DNA of 17,437 nt from Thermoplasmatota archaeon. Its GTDB lineage: Archaea; Thermoplasmatota; E2; DHVEG-1. Positions 7,063 through 13,016 of the stretch are shown piece by piece; positions within the stretch are counted from its first letter, which is position 1; each line of letters begins with the position of its first letter. The stretch spans positions 1-17,437 of the forward strand of contig DATKKD010000011.1 of the NCBI GenBank assembly GCA_035543435.1. Reading direction: 5' to 3'. Both the position numbers and the translations under genes were made by a program. The notes beneath the pieces are model-generated. The model ran no database searches. It saw nothing but the letters and a program-made list of their open reading frames with translations, and was not told the origin of the DNA.

Positions 7063-7070
7063 ATATATAA
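7063..7070 (-). promoter_or_regulatory. TATA box for the tRNA-Gln(CUG)-glnS transcription unit
   Basis: The minus strand reads AAAAATTATATATGA (A-rich BRE-like stretch plus TTATATAT). Its downstream edge is 37 nt from the tRNA 5' end. No other TATA-like element lies between it and the glnS ATG. Confidence 0.5.
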
Positions 7071-7212
7071 TTTTTCATTCCCATAGGAAATTCCTACTTA
7101 TACGTTCGTCCTTGCTCGGTCTTAGAAAGGCAAAGGAAGGCAACGATACCCTTAAATAAACAGCTTGTTTTTGTTTCAAAAACCATCGATTTTAACTGGA
7201 GAGTATAGAAGT

Positions 7213-7875
7213 ATGAAACCGAGTAAGCCGAGCGTCGTCCTCATCGTGATGCTTCTTGTTGTCGTGGGTCTCGCTGGCTGCACCCAGCAGCAGGTTCCTC
7301 TGAGTGGGACGGAGATTAGAGAGTATCAAGGACACAAGCTCAACTCGATCTTTGACATGCATCAGAACACCATCAAGGGCGCGCAGTATGTGAACGAAAC
7401 CACCTACCGTCTGCACATTTACGGGCTTGTCGACTCGCCGGTGAACCTCACCTATCAGGACATCACGACCAATTTCACGCAGTATCGAAAAGTCGCGACC
7501 CTCGACTGTGTGGAGGGCTGGAGCGTGACGCTACTCTGGGAAGGGCCGCTCGTGAGGGATCTCCTGAACGAGTCCCGTCCAAAGCCTGGGGCGACCACCC
7601 TGGTCTTTTTCTCAAGCGATGGGTTCACCACCTCCGTTCCCTTCGCATATGTGATGAACAACTCGATCATCCTTGCATGGAGGATGAACAACGTCACGAT
7701 CCCACCGCAGTACGGATTCCCGTTCCAGCTCGTCGCTGAGGGGAAATGGGGGTACAAGTGGAGCAAGTGGGTCACCGGCATCGAGGTGATCGACAACCCG
7801 AACTACAAGGGGTTCTGGGAGAGCAGAGGGTACTCCGTCTCAGGTGATTTGAACCAAAGTTTTTCAGGAGGATGA
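7213..7875 (+). CDS. Exported lipoprotein with a sulfite-oxidase-family (Oxidored_molyb, MsrP/YedY-like) molybdopterin-binding fold
   Basis: The ORF track starts at a TTG at 7165. I prefer ATG 7213, which is preceded by TGGAGAG. The signal peptide MKPSKPSVVLIVMLLVVVGLAGC ends in a lipobox-like LAGC. LDCVEGWS resembles the Cys-containing Mo-ligand motif of the family. GFPFQLVAEGKWGYKWSKWV resembles the conserved C-terminal part. There are seven N-x-S/T sequons. Confidence 0.75.
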   Translation: MKPSKPSVVLIVMLLVVVGLAGCTQQQVPLSGTEIREYQGHKLNSIFDMHQNTIKGAQYVNETTYRLHIYGLVDSPVNLTYQDITTNFTQYRKVATLDCVEGWSVTLLWEGPLVRDLLNESRPKPGATTLVFFSSDGFTTSVPFAYVMNNSIILAWRMNNVTIPPQYGFPFQLVAEGKWGYKWSKWVTGIEVIDNPNYKGFWESRGYSVSGDLNQSFSGG

Positions 7876-7882
7876 ACGCCCT

Positions 7883-8134
7883 ATGGATCTCTTCTTGTTT
7901 CTTCGTAGAATTGTGCACTGGTTGGTGACTATCCTTATTGGACTGTACATCTTCACTGGTTTGGGGATCACGAACTTTCAAGTCATCGAAGCGGTCACGT
8001 TCGGCCAGGTGTCTAAACTCGGAGCTTATCAAGTACATACTTTTCTTTTGTATCCCTTTATCGTTGTTCTCGGGCTGCACATCGCCTTTGCTCTCATTCA
8101 GAATCGTCAAAAAAGGAACATTAATGTAGCATGA
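7883..8134 (+). CDS. Small 2-TM membrane protein with conserved-looking His residues (possible heme-b/electron-transfer partner, DUF4405-like)
   Basis: 83-aa ORF starting 8 nt after the upstream stop, which itself lies inside AGGAGGATGA (an SD). The two hydrophobic helices are IVHWLVTILIGLYIFTGLGI and VHTFLLYPFIVVLGLHIAFALI, with His12, His52 and His66. Synteny with the Mo-fold protein mirrors MsrP-MsrQ logic. Confidence 0.55.
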   Translation: MDLFLFLRRIVHWLVTILIGLYIFTGLGITNFQVIEAVTFGQVSKLGAYQVHTFLLYPFIVVLGLHIAFALIQNRQKRNINVA

Positions 8135-8175
8135 CATCTATCGCAGCCTGCGTGTCTTTAGGAGGATAGGGAAAC

Positions 8176-8661
8176 ATGGAAAAAAACCATTCGATAAAAG
8201 TATCTGATGCTGCACCTGATTTCACGCTTGAGGACCAGAACGGTAGGCGGTTCAAACTTTCCGATTTTAAGGGAAAAATTGTGGTACTATCGTTCCACCC
8301 GCTCGCTTGGACGCCCGTGTGCTCGAAGCAGATGAAATCATTGGAGAACAACAAGGAGCGGTTCGATGCAGTGCACACAATCGCGGTAGGGATCAGCGTC
8401 GACTCGGTCCCGTGCAAGAATGCATGGGCCAAAGACCTTGCGATTGAACATACCAGACTGCTCTCTGATTTCTGGCCGCATGGTGAGGTGTCTCAATGCT
8501 ACGGTCTGTTCTATGATAAAGACGGGTTCTCGATGCGGGCGAACGTCATCGTCGATGAAAATCAGAAGGTCGCCTGGGTGAAAGTGTACCCGACCTCACA
8601 GGTACCAGATATCAACGAGGTGCTCCGGGTGCTTGAGGGGATGACGAAGACGAAGCAATAA
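8176..8661 (+). CDS. Peroxiredoxin (AhpC/TSA thiol peroxidase family)
   Basis: 161-aa ORF with an AGGAGGAT SD upstream. It has the typical N-terminus [38 protein letters not shown], with the peroxidatic Cys in the T-P-V-C context. Confidence 0.9.
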   Translation: MEKNHSIKVSDAAPDFTLEDQNGRRFKLSDFKGKIVVLSFHPLAWTPVCSKQMKSLENNKERFDAVHTIAVGISVDSVPCKNAWAKDLAIEHTRLLSDFWPHGEVSQCYGLFYDKDGFSMRANVIVDENQKVAWVKVYPTSQVPDINEVLRVLEGMTKTKQ

Positions 8662-8675
8662 ATTTCTTGGGACAC

Positions 8676-8683
8676 TTTTTTTT
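8676..8683 (+). terminator. Oligo-T (T8) archaeal-type terminator after the peroxiredoxin gene
   Basis: CACTTTTTTTTATTT lies 15 nt after the TAA stop, in a 20-nt convergent spacer. It overlaps the stop codon of the minus-strand aldolase gene. Confidence 0.4.
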
Positions 8684-9731
8684 ATTTACCGTGTATGGTC
8701 GTACGGATAAACCGTGCGAACTCCCGGACGTCTTCTTTCCTGGTAGAGAATGAACACATGAGACGTGCCTCGTAGGTGCGTTCATCAAGGATATGGAAAT
8801 CGTATCGCTTGTGCAACGCGGGAACGTCTTTCTTCGGGAAGCGGACGAACACCGCGTTCGCCTCGACTTTCTGCGCGATCTCAAGCTCCGGGATGCCCTT
8901 GAGCTCCTGGGAGAGCAGCTGTGCCATGGCGTTAGCATGCTGGGCGTTCCTGCGCCAGAGGTCCCCGGCAAGATACTCGGAGAACTGTGCTGCGATGTAC
9001 CGCATTTTGCTCGCCAGGTTCATGCCTTGCTTGCGGAAAAATTCGAAGTTCTCCGCAAACGTTTTGTTGAAGAACACGACCGCGTCCCCGAACATCATCC
9101 CGTTCTTCGTGCCGCCGAACGACAGGACATCGACTCCGACCCTACTGCTGATTTCATCGAGGCCCGTGTTGAGGAATGCGGCCGCATTGCAGAGCCGGGC
9201 CCCGTCCATATGCAGCAGCATCCGGTTCCGGTGCGCAAACTCGGCTAGCTTACGGATCTCTCCGGGCCGGTACGTCGTCCCCTTCTCCGATGATTGGGTG
9301 ATGGAGATGACGTGGGGTTGTGCCATGTGGGGGTCCCCGATGCCGGCCAGGTAGGGTGTGATGAGGTCCGTGGTGAGTTTTCCGTCTGGTGTCGGGATGT
9401 TGACGAGCTTGCAGCCGATGAAGCGCTCAGGCCCGCAGCATTCATGGACCGTGAGGTGCGCGCTCTCCGCGCAGAAGATGGAATGGAAGGAATCGGTGAC
9501 GCTCCGCAGCCCGAGGATGTTGGCTGCGGTGCCGTTGTACACGAAGTACGTCTCGGCATTCTCCCCGAACACCTCCTTGAATCGTTTCACGGCGCTCGCG
9601 GTGTACTCGTCGAGGCCGTAGGCGACCGTGTAACCGCTGTTCGCCTTTTCGAGGGCCTCAAGGATCTTTGGGTGAACGCCTGAGTGGTTGTCGCTTCCGA
9701 ACCCGGTGAAGACTGCCATGGGGGTCATCAA
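8682..9731 (-). CDS. PLP-dependent threonine aldolase family protein (beta-eliminating lyase fold)
   Basis: 349-aa ORF. Family-typical strings are GSDNHSGVHPKILEAL, NGTAANILGL, HMDGARL and SFGGTKNG (PLP-lysine region). Confidence 0.8.
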   Translation of the reverse strand: MMTPMAVFTGFGSDNHSGVHPKILEALEKANSGYTVAYGLDEYTASAVKRFKEVFGENAETYFVYNGTAANILGLRSVTDSFHSIFCAESAHLTVHECCGPERFIGCKLVNIPTPDGKLTTDLITPYLAGIGDPHMAQPHVISITQSSEKGTTYRPGEIRKLAEFAHRNRMLLHMDGARLCNAAAFLNTGLDEISSRVGVDVLSFGGTKNGMMFGDAVVFFNKTFAENFEFFRKQGMNLASKMRYIAAQFSEYLAGDLWRRNAQHANAMAQLLSQELKGIPELEIAQKVEANAVFVRFPKKDVPALHKRYDFHILDERTYEARLMCSFSTRKEDVREFARFIRTTIHGK

Positions 9732-9841
9732 GCAGCGATCATCTTAAAAAATCTTCGACAAGGCCATGCATGAGCTTATAAAGATGGTTGTTCTATGAAG
9801 CGTGAAGGCTCGTCGCAGATTCGTATTGTAGGTAGTCACCC

Positions 9842-10543
9842 ATGAACGCTCCGAAGAGGATCCCCGGAATGCTTTCGGTTGTTGTTCCCATCCACTTCTT
9901 GTATCCTGAGCTTGACCGGGTGCGCGCATCGATTCAACGCGCGAGCACACCGGTCGAGGTCCTGCTTGTGACCCAGGAGGCGCTCAAGGAGTCTCTTGGT
10001 CCGCTCCTCCCCCGTGAAACGCTCATCGTCACCGCGAAGCAGGGAAGGGGTCCTGTCCTTGCCGAGGGTGTACGAGAAGCTCACGGTGATATCATCGTCT
10101 TTGTCCATGCCGACACGATTCTGCCTGACCATTGGGATCACACCATCGTCGACGCGCTGCGTGATGAGGAGGTCCTCGGGGGCGGGTTTTCGCTCTCTAT
10201 GGATACCCCTGCTGCGTATTTGAAGCTCCTCATCGCCCTCACCGATTTCTTGTACTATGTCAACGGGGAGCTCTGGGGGGACCGTGCCCTGTTTGTGCGC
10301 TCCAGCTTCATCAGACAGCATCTTACGGAGATCGAGATTCCGATGATGGAGGACGTGCGGCTCACCCTGATGATGCAGCGGTACGGGGCCGTGGTGCTCC
10401 TCAAGGAGAAGGTGGTCACCAGCGCGGCGACGTTTCGCAAGTACGGATTTTTGCGCAACTCGATCCGCATCATCCTTGTTCGCCTCTGGTACGGGGCGGG
10501 TAGGGACCCGAAAAAAATCTATGAGTACTATTACCGTAGGTAA
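9842..10543 (+). CDS. GT-A fold family-2 glycosyltransferase, resembling the TIGR04283-type subfamily
   Basis: 233-aa ORF. Recognisable strings are LSVVVPI (N-terminal beta strand), GRGPVLAEG, IIVFVHADTILP (the DxD-equivalent), GGGFSL, WGDRALFVR, MMEDVRL and TSAATFRKYG. The start could be Met10 (9869). Confidence 0.7.
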   Translation: MNAPKRIPGMLSVVVPIHFLYPELDRVRASIQRASTPVEVLLVTQEALKESLGPLLPRETLIVTAKQGRGPVLAEGVREAHGDIIVFVHADTILPDHWDHTIVDALRDEEVLGGGFSLSMDTPAAYLKLLIALTDFLYYVNGELWGDRALFVRSSFIRQHLTEIEIPMMEDVRLTLMMQRYGAVVLLKEKVVTSAATFRKYGFLRNSIRIILVRLWYGAGRDPKKIYEYYYRR

Positions 10544-10554
10544 GAGGGTATGGG

Positions 10555-10569
10555 AAAAAAAGAAAAAAA
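10555..10569 (-). terminator. T7-C-T7 oligo-T terminator for the chagasin-like gene
   Basis: The plus strand shows A7 G A7. On the minus strand this reads CTCTCCCCCTTTTTTTCTTTTTTT, starting 16 nt after the TAA stop. Confidence 0.45.
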
Positions 10570-10584
10570 GGGGGAGAGAACAGA

Positions 10585-11016
10585 TTAATTTATCTGGATT
10601 TGTAGAGTCAGGGTCTGGCAGATGTCCAGCTGATCGAATGCTCGTTCGCATTCGAGTTTCAGGGTGGTGCTTCCTGCTTTGAGCGCGGTGAACAGGAAGG
10701 TGTCCTTGCCGAAGTCGCCCATCATCCCGGAGCTTCCCCAGTTGGTTTGCTGGTCTTGTCGCAGCATGGTGGTGTCGATGCTTTTGATGACCCAGGTGTA
10801 GCCGCCGTCGCCGTAGTCATGGAGTGTCACGTTCAACAGGTCGCCTTGTTTGATCGAGATGATGGTGCCGTTGTTTTGTTCCGTGACATACACCGTCGAA
10901 GGAGTCAAAGGTTTGTTGACGGGTTTTTCAGAGAGGGTGACCGCAAGGACGGTCCCGGCTGCGATCGCAGCGAGCATCACTAGCCCTACAAAGACAATGG
11001 TTGTTTTCGTTTTCAT
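10585..11016 (-). CDS. Membrane-anchored/secreted chagasin-family (I42) cysteine-peptidase inhibitor-like protein
   Basis: The ORF-track entry is 10585..11106. I prefer Met31 (ATG 11016), which has TGAGGAT as an SD and a TATA box at 11051-11060. The N-terminal signal/anchor is MKTKTTIVFVGLVMLAAIAAGTVLAV. The Ig-like domain contains GDLLNVTLHDYGDGGYTW (compare the L-x-L-x-x-N-x-T-T-G-Y-x-W motif) and GKDTFLFTALKAGSTTLKLEC. Confidence 0.7.
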   Translation of the reverse strand: MKTKTTIVFVGLVMLAAIAAGTVLAVTLSEKPVNKPLTPSTVYVTEQNNGTIISIKQGDLLNVTLHDYGDGGYTWVIKSIDTTMLRQDQQTNWGSSGMMGDFGKDTFLFTALKAGSTTLKLECERAFDQLDICQTLTLQIQIN

Positions 11017-11050
11017 AGGTATCCTCAAGGACTGGTTATGGTCGTTGACG

Positions 11051-11060
11051 GTATATAAAA
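11051..11060 (-). promoter_or_regulatory. TATA box for the chagasin-like gene
   Basis: The minus strand reads CCTTTTATATACC, 35-44 nt upstream of ATG 11016. This leaves room for a short SD-containing leader. Confidence 0.45.
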
Positions 11061-11174
11061 GGTCAGAAAATGTTTGGGAAAGGCCGAACGGCAAGGATCT
11101 TAGCACGGCTGCTACTGGGATCTTTTGTTTGCGGTTTTTTTATGGAGAAAATCTGTGAATTGGAGCGGCAATAC

Positions 11175-11203
11175 GTATATATTATTGTATATATAAGTAT
11201 ATG
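11175..11203. repeat. Three closely spaced GTATAT(A) copies (starts at 11175, 11187 and 11197)
   Basis: The sequence reads directly as cGTATATAttattGTATATATAaGTATATGtgg, with spacing of 12 and 10 nt (about one helical turn). It is not positioned to be the core promoter of either flanking gene, since each has its own better-placed TATA box. Confidence 0.5.
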
Positions 11204-11315
11204 TGGATACTTGCGTGATTTTTCACTTTGTCATTTTCCCGCACCAACTATATAAGCTATGATAGATAAAATACAACATTGGGTTAAGAATGAGAAATGG
11301 TGGAGGTGGCGAGTC

Positions 11316-11390
11316 ATGGAAATATACGTCATCGGCGCTATTGCCGCGCTAGGTGCTATGTATCCCGTTGTTCGATCACTCGTGGGATGA
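11316..11390 (+). CDS. Possible 24-aa hydrophobic micro-protein
   Basis: My translation is MEIYVIGAIAALGAMYPVVRSLVG-TGA. GGAGGTG (11302-11308) lies 7 nt upstream of the ATG. A TATA-like CTATATAAG sits at 11248-11256. T5 (11409-11413) and T6 (11426-11431) runs lie downstream on the same strand. The ORF is too short for the ORF track. Confidence 0.3.
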   Translation: MEIYVIGAIAALGAMYPVVRSLVG

Positions 11391-11433
11391 GCACCTCTCC
11401 TCTTTCAATTTTTCTGAGAAGTCTCTTTTTTGC

Positions 11434-12420
11434 TTATATCTCCGGCATCCATCGGTACTTATGGACCTGCTTGAGCATGAAATACTCGTATTTTCGGACA
11501 GCCCCCGGGAACTTCGCATTGATGTCCTCAAGCATCGAATGAATCATGTCTGAGTCTGGGAGGTCGGGTTCCAGTTCCAGGTCGGAGACACCCGCGGAGG
11601 TGCCGATGAACACCAGGTGCGGATTGTTTCTCGCGTACTCCATGATCGCCTTACGTTGGGTGTGCTGTTTCAGGTAAATGTCGATTTTAAACGGTTTCAG
11701 CCCAAGCTTCGAGATGTCGACACCGACACGGAACGCCTGGATGACCCCTTTCTTCATGAGGTTCTTCATCCTGCTGTTGACCATCTGGGTTGAACAGTGA
11801 AGCTCCCGTGCGAGGTCCACGAGCGGCATGCGAGCGTTCTCAGCGATGAGATTCAACAGGCGTCTGTCGTACTCATCTGTGTCGACCTTCTTCCCGACCC
11901 CGGTGATCTCGTACTTCCTCCTGTCAGATGTTTTGAACTCGTCCCCAAGCAAATACGAGGAGGGGTACGAGTACGCCTGGACATAGATGGAGAAGATCTT
12001 CTCTGAGAGGTAGTCCCCGTACTTATCAAGGAACTTCTCCCAGAAGTGATAGAACTCGCTGATGTCCTTCACCCAGACAAAGACACCGAGGTCGTAGCGT
12101 CCGATAATCGACTCGATCACCCAGGTTCGCTTGTCCTTCACGAGGTAATCGATGAGGTTGGCTTTGATCTCCGGGGTGACGTACTGGAAGACGAGGTAGA
12201 AACGGAACACGATGTAGCCGAGCTTGTAGGCGTCGATGACTGTCCAAAAACCGGTGATGATTCCCTCCTGCTGCATCCGTTTGATGCGATACGCGACGAT
12301 GTCTTTGCGCAGCCTGACCTTTTTCCCCAGCTGCGATAAGGACTGACGCGAGTTGATGTCGAGTTGGTACAGAATCCTGCGGTCCTTCACGTCCAGCGAA
12401 TACATAATTCTCCCAAACAT
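11434..12420 (-). CDS. Lrp/AsnC-family transcriptional regulator with an internally duplicated (tandem) HTH plus effector-domain architecture
   Basis: 328-aa ORF. There are two copies of the family N-terminal pattern: DRRILYQLDINSRQSLSQLGKKVRLRKDIVAYRIKRMQQEGIITGF (residues about 13-57) and DRRLLNLIAENARMPLVDLARELHCSTQMVNSRMKNLMKKGVIQAF (about 185-229). Each is followed by an alpha/beta-sandwich-length segment. Confidence 0.85.
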   Translation of the reverse strand: MFGRIMYSLDVKDRRILYQLDINSRQSLSQLGKKVRLRKDIVAYRIKRMQQEGIITGFWTVIDAYKLGYIVFRFYLVFQYVTPEIKANLIDYLVKDKRTWVIESIIGRYDLGVFVWVKDISEFYHFWEKFLDKYGDYLSEKIFSIYVQAYSYPSSYLLGDEFKTSDRRKYEITGVGKKVDTDEYDRRLLNLIAENARMPLVDLARELHCSTQMVNSRMKNLMKKGVIQAFRVGVDISKLGLKPFKIDIYLKQHTQRKAIMEYARNNPHLVFIGTSAGVSDLELEPDLPDSDMIHSMLEDINAKFPGAVRKYEYFMLKQVHKYRWMPEI

Positions 12421-12460
12421 GTAAAATTCGTCTAGTATTTCATTGTTTTGCTAGATTTTT

Positions 12461-12505
12461 AAGGGAACTATACTTATATTTCTCCCCTGACATGGGTAGT
12501 TCCTT
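12461..12505. promoter_or_regulatory. Inverted repeat AAGGGAACTA / TAGTTCCTT bracketing a TATA-like element upstream of the Lrp/AsnC gene
   Basis: GGAACTA (12464-12470) and TAGTTCC (12497-12503) are perfect reverse complements 26 nt apart. The flanking AAG/CTT extend the match with one bulge. The sequence between them contains TACTTATATTT (AAATATAAGTA on the minus strand), 50-60 nt upstream of the regulator ATG at 12420. Confidence 0.35.
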
Positions 12506-13016
12506 GGGGAGAGTATGATAAACAACATCGGTCGACCGTCCCAGTACATCCAGACTGGTATCACGCAGATCCACAGCCAGATTTATGTTGTTGACTTCTT
12601 CGGTGACTCCGTCGATGCTATGGTCACCATCGATAGCGGCACGGACCATGCCCCGGAAAGCGCCGCTTGTCTCGTTCTCCTCTTCGTTGACCCTAAGGTC
12701 GGCGCCGTCACCGAGGACATAACAAGTAATTAATAAATGTTCAGTCAAGAATAATACGCGCGATAATCAACAGATTAGGAGCCTTTCTTAACTTCATTCA
12801 GGCACTGCGTAGGAAACCGCTTACGAAAACACAGGCTGATGCACTGAGTAGTGGTGCCCAGATACTCATTAACATGCTGACCAACTCTTTTTTTCTTATC
12901 AATTTTTTTAAACATAGCGACCATGAGTAGACAATCGTAGTGATGATTTGAACAAACCTTTGAGAGGGATACCTTAAAAAAGATGTGGCTAATTCGCTAG
13001 CATCGTGTGATAGTAT

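Noticed and set aside
9836-10651. A 271-aa minus-strand ORF antisense to the GT2 glycosyltransferase gene.
   Set aside because: The plus-strand frame carries recognisable GT-A motifs (FVHADT, GDRALFVR, MEDVRL). The antisense product is low-complexity (HR/P/D-rich) with no recognisable domain, and it would also run through the convergent terminator region.
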